Below, one piece after another: positions 14,428-27,680 of a stretch of 64,000 nucleotides of DNA (the stretch's first letter is position 1; the number at the start of each line of letters is the position of its first letter). Origin of the DNA: the human T2T-CHM13v2.0 reference genome, Homo sapiens; assembly GCF_009914755.1 (NCBI RefSeq), contig NC_060930.1; one strand, 5' to 3'. The notes under the pieces were generated by a model, which worked only from the letters and a program-made list of their open reading frames with translations, did no database searches and was not told the DNA's origin. The position numbers and the translations under genes were made by a program.

Positions 14428-14517
14428 TTGGTAGATCTTGAAAACCATTGAAGAATAAATATGTTAGCACCTAAACTTAATTTGACATTCTTGTAAATGA
14501 TTTTACTGGAAATATAC

Positions 14518-14523
14518 TTTATT

Positions 14524-14558
<35 letters not shown>

Positions 14559-14844
14559 TTTTGAGAGAAAGTCTTGCTCTGTCACCCAGGCTGGCGAGCA
14601 GCAGCACAATCTTGGCTCACTGTAACCTCCGCCTCCCAGGTTCAAGCGATTCTCCTGCCTCAGCCTCCTGAGTAGCTGGGACTACAGGCACCCACCACCA
14701 CACCCAGCTAATTTTTGTATTTCTAGTAGAGACAGGGTTTCACCATGTTAGCCAGGCTTGTCTCAAACTCCTGACCTCAAGTGATCTGCCTGCCTCAGCC
14801 TCCCAAAGTGCTGAGATTATGGGCGTGAGCCACCATGCCAGGCT
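14518..14844 (-). mobile_element. Alu (S-type) with (TTTA)n tail microsatellite
   Basis: (ttta)n at 14522-14562, reverse Alu body, and gaaatata on both flanks as a likely TSD. Confidence 0.95.
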
Positions 14845-16949
14845 AAGAAATATAAATGTACATTTTTTTAAGCCAATGTAACCATTTCAGGCTTCAGCAG
14901 ATTAAGCTCCATGTAAACCTGTGGAAGAAGAGCATTTCTGTGTCTCACCTCTCACTTGCCACTTGCAGATTTCCAAGACTTCAAATGACCTGCCATTATA
15001 ATTAACCAGTAAAAACTGAGCAGGCTTTTGGTATTTAGTGGGACTGAAAATAATGTTTTAGGAAATTCCAGTTTACAGAAGTTACCTTACACTATAATTT
15101 GATTTAAGTCAGCCGAGATGAGTGGAGCACGAAAAGATGGCATTGAGTTGATTTACAGACACGGGGCATGAAGCTACTGGACTATGTTTGTGTTTAATAC
15201 CAGTTTTCTAGCTACATGTTCTTTCTGAGGGGCTGAAGAAACACCTAGTTGGTATTTTAGGACATTAAAAATAATATTTAATTTATTAAGTTTTAACAAT
15301 GAAATGACAATCATAGGATGTATATAATGACCACTCTTATTGAAATTTCAAATATCAGAAGAGTGTCATTTATACTTAATTTTAATTTTTAAAATATACT
15401 TTTACTTGTAATCATCTTCGGTAGACATAGACACATTTATTTGAGAAAATGTAAGTAATTTTTGATAATAATTTGGGTATTTAAAAAAATTTATCTAGCT
15501 TGTCAGTACCTTTTCCTGTTTTTTTATAAAGGCCAAACTGAAAATGCATTGCTTTTTGTTTCTCTGATGTTTCTTTATATCAGATAAAAGTAGTATTTTT
15601 CCCCATGAATTTGTATGAAAATAATGTGACTTTTGTTCCCGCAGACATAGAATATGGTTGCCATGCATCCAAATGCCCATGTGCACACTAGCAAGATGTG
15701 GTCACATATGCTTTGGAGCATATAATGATAGTAGTCTTTTAAAAGGGACTATTTTTACAAAGGAAAATAAAATACTTCTCTGAAAATTTGCACATGGTAG
15801 CTACACAATAAAATCATGCCTCCTGTGGGGTTTGAACCAAATTGGGATCTGTAAGTCAGGCAGAATTCCTTCATACCCAGGCCAGACTGGATTTAGATTG
15901 GCAAAGACCCCCCCACCCCCCCACCAGCCTGTTGCTCACTCCAGGCCCCAGCAGAGAGCCCACCGAGGGTGGCCCCTCACTGTCCTCCGAGATGCTCTGC
16001 AGGAGGTGAGTGACGGCACTTGAAAATTTGCACATAGTAGCTACACAATAAATATGCATTAAATGAATAAAGATTTGTACCAGCATATGTTCCACGGGCC
16101 CTACTGTAGCATCATTACTCTTTTTAAAACAAGCTGAATGAAACAAACAAAATAACCAAATTAATACATAACTGGAAAAGAGAGAATCTAGGCACCCCTA
16201 GAGGTTGCCTATTAGACTTATATTGATTTAAATTTAATAAATATATAAGTCAAACATTCTCTTGGCTCATTTAGTAAGAAAATCATCACTTTCATCATGT
16301 GAATCATATACATTAAATAAACGAGTAAAATCTGAAGTTGCCTGTTACTTAAAAGTGCATTACTCAGTTTTTCCCATCAATATAAAATTGTGTTACTTCT
16401 TTTACTGTCTCAAATCATCTTTGTTTTATTACTCTTTTCATAGAAGATACATAAACTAGTTACAAGATTTTATCAGATAAGACATTTTGTAAGATACAGT
16501 CTTTTAATTATGTAAGATTTAAACAAATGTAAATCGAATTAGTACTCTTCCCTACTGGCATATTAAGTACTTTCTAGATTTCTGCCTGATTTCCTTTAAA
16601 ACCAATCTAAAACTGAAGAGGAGACTGCAACTTCTTTTCTTACTTGAGCCAGCTACTAACATCTTCACAAAATAACAAACACTCTTCATGAATTACCAAC
16701 ACCAAGGTGCTTAGGGTTTCATGACCCATTCATAATAAAACACATCCCCTCTAGACAGAAAAGCATATGATCGTGGCATGTCAAAGCCAAGGAGGGCTCT
16801 ATCTCTGGGGCGAGGAGGCATCCAGGCTCACGGGACGGTTTCTGTATCACGGTTGCCATTTGCCACCATTTGCCATAGTGACGTGACCTATGGGAAAGAG
16901 CACTCAGAAATAATGGGAAGATGGAGAACATGTGGAAGGCCAGCTGTCT

Positions 16950-17257
16950 CACATTTTGGTAGGAGGATTATTCCATGGGACGAGTCGATTAAAACTTGCT
17001 TTTGAACTGCGTGTGCTGTGCATGGTGCCCCTTCCCCACCAGGTATCAGCGTTTTTCACGTTTTGGTAGGAAGATTATTCCATGGGACGAGTCGGTTAAA
17101 ACTCGCGTTTGAACTGCATGTGCACGGTGCCCCTTCCCCACCAGGTATCAGCTTTTTTCACATTTTGGTAGGAGGATTATTCCATGGGACGAGTCGGTTA
17201 AAACTCACCTTTGAACTGCGTGTGCTGTGCACGGTGCCCCTTCCCCACCAGGTATCC
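16950..17257. repeat. Tandem repeat, 102-107-bp unit, 3 copies
   Basis: ttttggtagga(g/a)gattattccatgggacgagtcg..ggtgccccttccccaccaggtatc starts near 16951, 17058 and 17160. Confidence 0.93.
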
Positions 17258-18829
17258 GCATCTGTCACGTACAGTGAGGCTGCCATCATGTTGTTTTCAG
17301 GTGCCATAGTCTCCCACAAGACAGGAGGACCAGATAAGCCCCATCATGTGATACTTACTCTATGCAGATTTCTTAAAGTCATGCTGAAAAACTTGTCTCG
17401 ATTTCCATCAATTAATTAACACCTTGGGGTGTCCTACTACTATTATACAGAGCACTGAAGAGAACATGAAAGAAAGAAGAAATAGGTGCAGGAGCTCAAG
17501 AAGCTTCTGTTAAGCTTCTGCAGGAACTTTTTTACACTTAGGAAGTTAGAAGCATTCTGCTGGGCTCCTGGGCTCCTGGGCTCCTGGGCAGCCTGCCCCT
17601 GGAAGGGGTGGGGGTGGAGAGGAGGGGCACGGAGGCCCCCCGTCTCAGGCCTGCACAGGCCGTTCTGGGACTGCGTGTCCTGGAAGACCTTTCCTGATTA
17701 TCAGGACACAAGGCCAGACGTGGGACCACACACAGTCCTCGGAGCTGGCAGCCAGACTTTGTGGCTGGCAGTTAAAGGCAATTTGGTGTTCGTGGCCCAC
17801 TGGCAAGGTGAATTTGGTTGCTTTCCTTAACACCGTGTGCCCAATTCCTGATGGAGCCATGCTGCCACAGGGCTTTGCCACGTGGGGAGATGGTCAGGTC
17901 GGCTGCCCAACTACATTCTGTGTTTTGGGGACCTCATTTGGTTCTGAAATGGGTCTCACTTTGCCCAAGATGCCGGGGGCATCTGCTGCTGGGTCCCCTC
18001 TCACCACAGGGCGTGTGCTCCCTCGGGCACGAGTTCTCTCTGGCATTTTTGAAAGGCCTTTTACTGTGATATCAGTGAAAATGAAAGCTGAAGCAGTTCC
18101 TGATAAAGGGGGAAAGTGGATTTCGCCAAGTGGGCCTGACTGGTCCCAGCATCTGCACAGCGCTCAGCGCTCGCCTGCAAGCGCAGCTCAGGGCTTCCCT
18201 GGGGCCAGCTCCCGGCTCCTCTCGGCCTCGCCCTCAAGTCGGGACTTTCCTTCTTCGGTAACATGTCTCCACCGGGCCTGCAATCATTAGCCAGCCGGGA
18301 TGAGACTAAGTGCTTAAAGGCTATTTCATGTTGGAGATTTAAAAAAGCACATATTGCAAAAGCGGTTCAACGCGCGGAGAAATTCACCCACTCTTGTCTC
18401 CACCCGTCAAATATCCGGGGTCCTGTGACCTGGGGTCCTGGGGTTGGCTGGTTGCGAAGCAGAGTGACGAGGAAGACGGAAGAGCTCTGTTAGCACGCAG
18501 CTCCCACCATCAAGCTTCCCACCAGGGGCCAAGCAGGGAAGCCCTTACCTTCCCGTCGCCTACACAGAGAGGCTGGGTGCTGGCTCAGCCAGCCCAGCGA
18601 GCTCCTTCTCCCTCTGCCAGCACCCTGCTCCCCGTGGGATTTGGGATGGACGTATGGAGTCCACGGCCGCATGTTACAAGGTCCCACTCATAGCATGCAC
18701 TGTGGAACCTAAATCATGCCTCTTGCGGGATTTGAACCAAATTGGGATCTGTAGCTCAGGCCAAATTCCTTCACACCCAGGCCAGATTGGATTCAGATGG
18801 GCAAAGACCTCCCAGCAGCCTGCAGCGGG

Positions 18830-19680
18830 GAGTGGCCGCCCGGACACACCTTCGCTTTAGAGGAAGGGTAGAGGACCGTCGAGCTTGATCCTCTACGCCC
18901 TGAGCACCTGTTTCTGTTGACCCCTCTCGGCCCTGAGCCCTTGTCTCCTGCGCGGTCCTCCTAAGGCCGAGGCAGCACCGGGCAGTCCCTTACCAGCAGG
19001 GTGGGCGGCTGCTGGATGGGTCGGGGCCAGACACCGCTGGGGGCACTGCGTGGACGAGGTGGACGCTGAAGTCAGGGCCTCTGAGCGACACCATCCTCGC
19101 CGTGGCGGGGTCCAGGCAGGCCTGGGGCCTCGGGCCATGCGGGTCTCAGCCCGAGGCGTCGTCTTCACTGTTGAGGGGACCCCCTCCACGTCCAGGCCTT
19201 CCCCTCCCCGCACGGGGAAGCTGAAGTGTTCCCGGGGGTCCGCGGCTGTGCGGGAGGGAAGGAGGGACTCAGGTGGGGGTCCCAGCTCCGAGGGCGTCCG
19301 TGGCCTCTCCCGGCTGGGGTGGGGCTGCCCACAGGACTCTCCCCACGCCCATACTCGGGAACCAGGGGAAGCTGCGGGCTCCTTTCCTCCAGTGTCCTTG
19401 TTGCCCACATGGGGTGCGGGAGCAGCCTTGGGATGATTAGCTTTTAAGGGGAGTCCGGCTCTGCACCCTCGGTCCCCAGCAGCCCACCCTGCGGCCCCCG
19501 CACCTCCCCACGCGGGAAGCTGTTCCTCGTGGCCTCGCAGACTGTGCGGGCCCTGGGCACTGATGCCTCATCTCCTTTATTTCACATCCCACGCGGGCGC
19601 TGGAGGCGTCTGTTTCCTGCCTCCTCCAAAGCTCTCCCAAAAGCCCAGGGCTGTTTGAGGCCCCCAAAATGCGCCTTGGG
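18830..19680. promoter_or_regulatory. Intronic GC/CpG-rich segment (CpG-island-like)
   Basis: Visibly high GC with frequent CpG in non-repeat sequence, between AT-rich flanks. CpG observed/expected not computed. Confidence 0.5.
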
Positions 19681-19683
19681 ATC

Positions 19684-19899
19684 TTTTTTTTTTAAATTAT
19701 ACTTTAAGTTTTAGGGTACATGTGCACAACGTGCATGTTTGTTACATATGTATACATGTGCCATGTTGTGCTGCACCCATTAACTCGTCATTTAACATTA
19801 GGTATATCTCCTAATGCTATCCCTCCCCCCTCCCCCCACCCCACAACAGGCCCCGCTGTGTGATATTCCCCTTCCTGTGTCCATGTGTTCTCATTGTTC
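19684..19899 (-). mobile_element. 5'-truncated primate L1PA 3' end (about 215 bp)
   Basis: Poly-T followed by aaattatactttaagttttagggtacatgtgcacaacgtg...ttctcattgttc, the reverse complement of the L1PA 3' UTR. Confidence 0.93.
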
Positions 19900-20718
19900 T
19901 GTTAGGTTTTTTTTTTGTGAGCTGGAGAGAACGTAGAGGCCTCCAGTTTTGTCATCTGTGAAATTCCTCCTGCTTGGGAGAAAAATGCCTTCCTCCCTAA
20001 CCCATTAAAAACAGTTCTGTTCAATGTCCAGGAAGAGTCCTTGATGTTCAGGACATCCCGCAGTTCATGGAGCCCCTCAGTGGAAATACTTCTTTGCTTT
20101 ATTTAGGGATGATAATTTTTGTTATATCGGACATATTAAAATTAGTGCCAAAAGATAATTATCTTTTGATTCTGCTTTAAATCATGCTAAAATGCATTCC
20201 CTATGGGAAAACGATACAAATTATATTTTCCTTTTTTATTTCTAAGTTTTTCGTGTTTATTCTGTTTTTCAAATATGACATTACACAAACATCAAGACAC
20301 CAATTAGATTTGTAAGTTATTAATTTTTGGTCATTTGAAGAGATTAATGCTAAATTAAAGCAAATACCACCTCATAAGTGTAGACTGTAAAAGTGTATTG
20401 TTTAAAAACATTAATTAACTTACCAAAAATATGCATAACTAAATTTATCCAATTTTCATAATTATAAAAGCTTTTAATTTCAATCATATTTGATTCTCAG
20501 ATTTCAATATTCAATCACACTGTGGTTAAGTAATCAGAATGAAGCTTTTCAACCTAAGTACAGAAAATAGTAATACAAGCAAACCCTATCTGAGTGGTTT
20601 GGAAACACACACCAACACGTGTACACGCAGGCCTTGAGCTCTCGCCATGAAAGAAGGGGTATTTGCCTTACTTCGTTTTCTAAATATAAATGACATCAAC
20701 TCCTCCTTGAACTAATGA

Positions 20719-20860
20719 GGTCTGATGTTGACATCACTAGTTGCTCATGGGTCTGCTGTTGGCGTCACTAGTTGCTCATGGGTCTGATGTTGACGTCACT
20801 AGTTGCTCATGGGTCTGATGTTGACGTCACCAGTTGCTCATGGGTCTGATGTTGACCTCA
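20719..20860. repeat. Minisatellite, 31-bp unit, 4.6 copies
   Basis: ggtctgatgttgacgtcactagttgctcatg at 20719, 20750, 20781, 20812 and a partial copy at 20843. Confidence 0.93.
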
Positions 20861-21835
20861 TATGATGCTTATGAGGTACCAGGCAAGGCACCGTGTGTTC
20901 TAATGCATCATAGAAGCTGATTCTTAGAATAGCCATGTGAACTTGGAGCTGCTTGTCTCATAGGAAGTTCATTTTTCAAAATCTCTTAAGTGGCTGAGGC
21001 CAGGATTTAGCCCAGAGTTGTGATTTCCAACCTCCTCCTGCGGCCCGCAGATTGACAGGCACACTCAGTTCCAGAGCTGCTGGCCTCTGGGGCATCTCTG
21101 AGGCTGACAGTGTGGGAGAGGCCCCGTGGCACACACCTGTGAATGCTCCCTCTCCCAGTGATACTCCACCAGGCAAGGGACTGGCTTCAGAAGCGATCTC
21201 ATGGTAAACAGCACCAGCAGAAGCTCTCTCAGGCTCACAGATGGGGCCTCCAAAGTGAGAACCAGGAGAGCGGCTGTGTCTCCACCCTGAACCTGCAGGC
21301 AGAGCCGCAACCTTCTCATTGTCTTATTTAGGAGGGATCATGTCAGGCATGGGGAGGAGACGGGAGAGTGGTTGGTGTCATGTACCGTGAAGGTGCATTA
21401 GGACACTACCTGCCCTAGGAACCATCTTTTCTGCACAAGGGAACACAGTGGCTGGAGAGATATTAGGTGTGCTCACTCCTCCTCCTGCATGCCATCAGTC
21501 CCCCTGGAACCTTTCTTCCCATCGAAGTTATTGTTGCTGCTGCTGGGAGCCTCCCTGGTCCCTGGGAAGGACAGAAGGGGGGCCTGGGCTGGTTCTCGGC
21601 CCCCCCTGTGTGATCCTGATCAATGCATTTTACCTATCTGGGTTTCAGCATCTCATCTTTAAAATGGTAATGGTAAGACCCACCTCCCGGAAAAGCCCCA
21701 GAGCTCAGTCTGGTTGGATGCACCAGTGTCCACTTGGTGTCTAGGAATGGAATTAACTTCCAGGTGTGCACATCGAGCTTGGTACTGGACTCGGCAAATA
21801 GGGATTCAGGGCATCTCTTGAGGCTCTTCCCTGAA

Positions 21836-22078
21836 TGTGTGTGTGTTTGTGCATGTGTGTGCACATGCGTATGTGTGGGTGTGCGTGTGCGCATGTGTGT
21901 GTGTGCGTATGTGCATGTGTGTGCACGTGTGTATGTGCGCGTGTGCGCATGTGTGTGCATGTGTGTGCGTGTGTGCGTGTGCATGTGTGTGCACGTGTGT
22001 ATGTGTGCTTGTGCGCACGTGTGTGCGTGTGCATGCGTGTGCATGTGTGTGTACGTGTATGCGTGCACACATGCATGT
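21836..22078. repeat. Compound (TG/CG/CA/TA)n alternating purine-pyrimidine tract
   Basis: About 240 bp of nearly uninterrupted RY alternation. Confidence 0.95.
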
Positions 22079-22260
22079 TTACTGTAATAGTAACTAGTTT
22101 TTTGAGAAATCAGGTACTGGAAATCGTAGTGACAGGATTAATAGGACCAAGATTTACATGTTGTTATGAAATTTGTGTCGTCGTGATTACAGATTTGGCT
22201 TGAAGCATAAACTGAGTGAAATATCTCTTTTTGCCATTCACACTTAAGAATAGTAATTTA

Positions 22261-22644
<384 letters not shown>

Positions 22645-23582
22645 TTAGCTTAAAGACCCACAGATAATTAATATGGCCCATGAATAATATGACCCTTTGG
22701 GAGATGACTCATGTAGTTGCACTAAGATAAGAATTCATGCCTGTGCTCATCTGCCAGCCAAGGTGCACCCACCAACGGCGTTTCCTTCAACCGCACCTTG
22801 TTCTATCAACAGCAACCCTCTCCCTAGCTGTGAGCAATTAACGATTTATCTCGGGTGACTAGTAAAGAATTTTACCAGCCCCCCTAATATTTTTACCAGT
22901 CCATCCTCCTTTGTGAAAGGACAAAGTTCATACAATTAATGAAATCATCTTTCTCTGTAGTCACCCTTATCAAGTGCTGACTGATGAGGACTTGTTTGCC
23001 AAGCACGATGCATTACTATAGTTACAATCAAGGCAATGACTGCACTGAGAGTTTAAAAAATGTTCATGCATTTGCTGAGGAATTTTATTCATTCCCCAGG
23101 AATGGTGTGGTGCATGAATGTGCACATGTGTATGTGTGTAACCACACATGTACTTCATAATTATTCTTCTCTAAAAAGACAGCTTTATGTTTTTAATAGA
23201 GGCAACCTTTTTCCTTAGCTCTGTTACTTTATATTTATCATCTTTCCCCTTTTATGTACCTGCAGCCTACATTTGTGTCTCAGATAAAATCTAGTATAGA
23301 CATGGATCTCTCTGCTTTTGCCTGAAAGTCACATTAGTAACTAATGCCAGAATACGTCACGTCAGGCTATTGTGTTTCAGATGAAAGGGCAAACGAAGAA
23401 GTCATTTCAAAAGCATTGTAAAGCACCTTCTTCAGTTATATGTTGCGTCTGCATCAAAACACAGAACATTTAAGTGATGGAAGAGTCATGGTTACTGACA
23501 AACAGTCTTCAAGGTCATATTTATTTTTTAAAACTCTTTCAATAACTGAAGAAGAATGCGTCCTCTGTGCCCACCTTTCTGG

Positions 23583-24986
23583 CCCTGAGATGTGAGGCTT
23601 TCACTGCATTCTTGGAGGAGGTGTCATTTTCCTGCCCTGAGACACGAGGCTCTCACTGCATTCTTGGAGGAGGTGTCATTTTCCTGCCCTGAGACACGAG
23701 GCTCTCACTGTGTTCTCGGAGGAGGTGTCATTTTCCTGCCCTGAGACACGAGGCTCTCACTGTGTTCTCGGAGGAGGTGTCATTTTCCTGCCCTGAGACA
23801 CAAGGCTCTCACTGCATTCTTGGAGGAGGTGTCATTTTCATACCCTGAGACACAAGGCTCTCACTGCATTCTTGGAGGAGGTGTCATTTTCCTGCCCTGA
23901 GACACAAGGCTCTCACTGCATTCTTGGAGGAGGTGTCATTTTCCTGCCCTGAGACACAAGGCTCTCACTGCATTCTTGGAGGAGGTGTCATTTTCCTGCC
24001 CTGAGACACAAGGCTCTCACTGCATTCTTGGAGGAGGTGTCATTTTCCTGCCCTGAGACACGAGGCTCTCACTGTGTTCTTGGAGGAGGTGTCATTTTCC
24101 TGCCCTGAGACACAAGGCTCTCACTGCATTCTTGGAGGAGGTGTCATTTTCCTGCCCTGAGACACGAGGCTCTCACTGTGTTCTTGGAGGAGGTGTCATT
24201 TTCCTGCCCTGAGACACAAGGCTCTCACTGCATTCTTGGAGGAGGTGTCATTTTCCTGCCCTGAGACACAAGGCTCTCACTGCATTCTTGGAGGAGGTGT
24301 CATTTTCCTGCCCTGAGACACAAGGCTCTCACTGCATTCTTGGAGGAGGTGTCATTTTCCTGCCCTGAGACACAAGGCTCTCACTGCATTCTTGGAGGAG
24401 GTGTCATTTTCCTGCCCTGAGACACAAGGCTCTCACTGCATTCTTGGAGGAGGTGTCATTTTCCTGCCCTGAGACACGAGGCTCTCACTGTGTTCTTGGA
24501 GGAGGTGTCATTTTCCTGCCCTGAGACACAAGGCTCTCACTGCATTCTTGGAGGAGGTGTCATTTTCATACCCTGAGACACGAGGCTCTCACTGCATTCT
24601 TGGAGGAGGTGTCATTTTCATACCCTGAGACACAAGGCTCTCACTGCATTCTTGGAGGAGGTGTCATTTTCATACCCTGAGACACGAGGCTCTCACTGTG
24701 TTCTCGGAGGAGGTGTCATTTTCCTGCCCTGAGACACAAGGCTCTCACTGCATTCTTGGAGGAGGTGTCATTTTCCTGCCCTGAGACACGAGGCTCTCAC
24801 TGTGTTCTCGGAGGAGGTGTCATTTTCCTGCCCTGAGACACAAGGCTCTCACTGCATTCTTGGAGGAGGTGTCATTTTCATACCCTGAGACACGAGGCTC
24901 TCACTGTGTTCTCGGAGGAGGTGTCATTTTCCTGCCCTGAGACACGAGGCTCTGACTGCGTTTTCGGAGGAGGTGTTATTTTCATG
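23583..24986. repeat. VNTR, 52-bp unit, about 27 copies
   Basis: ccctgagacac(a/g)aggctctcactg(ca/tg)ttct(t/c)ggaggaggtgtcattttc(ctg/ata). Period checked at 23791 and 23843. Confidence 0.97.
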
Positions 24987-25727
24987 CCGTCCTCACTTTG
25001 GGGGTGAGGAGGTACTGTTTTCCTCTTTACATATGAAAAAATGCAAACGTTCACCCAAACAAGAGGCGAGGGCTAGATGACCCGCCTGAGCTTCAGCTTG
25101 CCTTGTTTATTGTCAGAGGGTGCGTTTCTGATTTACGCATCCGGGGTTATCAGGTAGGACGGCTTAAAATGGTGAAAGAAATGCACTCACATTTCAGAGG
25201 CTCAGCAGGTCGGAAGCGCAGTGTTTTATCACGTGATGGTCCTGCCCCGGGAGAGCGTTGCCCGTGGAGCTGTTTTCCCGGTGATCACGCAGGGATCTGG
25301 ATCCCTCCAGGCCGTATTTTCACGGATGACAGTTTCAGGAGGGGGTAGATCATCAGAAGGAGGCAGAATCTTTCTCCTAAAAGCTCCAGCCTAGAATCGA
25401 ACCAACCCTGTTCCCTCCATCTCACTGGAGCAAACACAGTCACGTAGGCATGCTCCCCGGAACGGGGGCTGGGAGTGGAGACTCGCTGTGTGCCTGCCAT
25501 AATTCCGTCTGCGTCGAGGAAGGGGGCGGCTTGGGAAGCAGCTGGGCACCTGTGCCACAGCCGCCACAGACTCAGCCTCTGCTGCCATTTTAGGAAAAAG
25601 CAGGTATTCATCGCGATCTCTCTGCATGGTGTGGATCCTGTGTTTAACTCACACTGATCACTTGTTCACTTTTCATTTTATGGCATTCCTGAGCTTAAGC
25701 ACACACGTGCATTCATACACAATATCG

Positions 25728-25929
25728 ATGTATGTATGTATGTAAGTTTTATGTGTGTGTGTGTATATATATGTGTGTATGTATATAAAGTTTATATATG
25801 TGTATGTGTGTATATGTATGTGTGTATATGTGTACCTGTGTATGTATATAAAGTTTATATATATTTGTGTGCATATATATATACACACACACGTACATAG
25901 ATACACAGTCATACACACACACACATATA
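25728..25929. repeat. (TG/TA)n then (CA/TA)n low-complexity microsatellite
   Basis: Seen directly in the sequence. Confidence 0.88.
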
Positions 25930-25974
25930 AACTTTCTTTTTGCTAAAATATTGTGTGTCTGTTTCTTGTCTCCC

Positions 25975-26275
25975 TGCTATGGTCTAAATGTATGTGTGTC
26001 CCCAAATTCCTGTGTTGAAATCCTCACCCCCAGGGTGATGGTGTTAGGGGCTGGGGCCTTTGGAAGGTGATGAGGTTGTGAGGGCAATGGGATTAGTGCC
26101 TTATGAAAAGAGGCCCAGGAGACCCTTGCCCCTCCTGCCACATGAGCTCAACCAAGAAGGCGCCATCTGTGAACCAGGGAATGGGTCCCCAGCAGACACT
26201 GAATCTGCCAGAACCTTGATCTTGAGCTTCTAGCCTCTCAACTGTGACAAATGAATGCCTGTTGATAAGCCACGG
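25975..26275 (+). mobile_element. MaLR LTR (MLT1A/MST-like)
   Basis: tgctatggtctaaatgt..tccccaaattcctgtgttgaaatcct..ggggcctttggaaggtgat..ccttgatcttgagcttctagcctc. Confidence 0.8.
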
Positions 26276-26634
26276 AGCACAGCAGCACAGGCCCGCACCA
26301 GGTAAGACTCCTCCCAACCGGAGGCTCGGTGTCCGTAGAGCAAGCAGAGCTCTGCGTCTCCGGCTTCAGGGGCCTGCAGGGGGCGGGGGCGGGTGCTCAC
26401 CTGCCTCATCTCACCTCTAGTCCTGGTTAAAGCACACCCTGGAGTAGAACCTCTGGGGTGGGTGGGGCCTTGGAGACGCAATTTAAGCAGCTTCTCAGGT
26501 AAATTGTTTTATCTTAAAATGTACAGATCACTGTGACACATGGCAACTATTATCAATAAGGTTTTGTACATATTTTAATTTTTCCCAAATTACGTATGTG
26601 TATAAGACAAAACACGAAGTTTCTTGAAGGCATT

Positions 26635-27175
26635 TGAGTTTTAGACTCCTTTTTGTATTCTAGATACAAGTCCTTACCAGATTTATGATTCACACGTATT
26701 TTCTTCCACTCTGAGCCGTCCTTTCACTCTCTTGGTGGGGTTCTTCAAAGAAGAGTGCCTATTCTTTGCACCCCATCTGCATGCCTGTGTGTGTTTATAC
26801 ACCACTGCACAAGTCCCCGTACAGTACATGATTCTAGGGCACTGTCTAATCATGTATACTGCATATGAAATATAACACTTCAGACTTTATGACAAATCCT
26901 TGCAGTAGGTTGTTTGTCTTTAACTTGTATGTATGTGGATTTAATGTATTTTCAGAGGTAAACATTCTAGCTAAGCTAGAAAGCCTGAAAGGAAGTTTCA
27001 GGCTTTATTATGGATATTGTAGCACTTCTAATGCAGAGTTAGACTTTATAAAATGTAGTGGATGGCACATTCTGTCATACTGGAAATGCACAGTGTTTTT
27101 AATTTTGGTAAAGTCCAGTTTACCTATCTTTTCTTTTGTGGCTATGCTTTTGGTGCCATGTCTAAGGAACTAGTG
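26635..27175 (-). mobile_element. Old L1M fragment split by an approximately 330-bp insert
   Basis: tattctagatacaagtcctt..cagat..tattttcttcca (left part) and gtttttaattttggtaaagtccagtttacctat..gcttttggtgccatgtctaagga (right part) are contiguous in the L1 copies at about 32220-32400 and 48300-48470. Confidence 0.7.
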
Positions 27176-27527
27176 CCTCACCTGAGTCCCCCTTTGTGAG
27201 CCAGTGTCAAGCCCATGACAGGAGGCTGATGACGGGCAGCCGCTGCCACCCAGGGTGACACAGGGCTCACTACCCCTAAGGCAGCGGGTCTCACTGCTGT
27301 GCAAACAATGCACTCTGATGCATTCTGCTGACATAAGGTTAACCTGGACCTGGAGGGGTAGGACTTGAAGTTAATCCCACTGGGTAATTTTTTCCTTCAG
27401 TCTTGAACATGTTTTTTTAAGCTAGTGAAGCTGGTAAAAGTAACATCAACAGCATCTCTGAATGGGGAAGAATAAAAGGCAATCCTATTTTAAAAGGTAT
27501 AAATTTTGCAGGGAATGTTTGTATACC

Positions 27528-27597
27528 GAAAATTATTCCTTATTTACCTGAAATTCAGATTGAACCTGGCATTTGCATTTTATCTGACAACTCTGCC
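27528..27597. mobile_element. MER53-like hAT fragment
   Basis: aaaattattcctt atttacctgaaattcagattgaac..ggcat..ttttatctgacaactctg resembles the recalled MER53 terminus. Confidence 0.55.
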
Positions 27598-27680
27598 TGT
27601 AAATAAATGCAGTTCCCTTAGTGAATCTTCAGTTAAGGAAATTTCCTTGGGCTTTCTTTAAAAATCAAATGTGAATACGG

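Noticed and set aside
21634-22203. His/Thr- or Cys/Val-rich ORFs (also at 63083-63745)
   Set aside because: These are translations of dinucleotide microsatellites.
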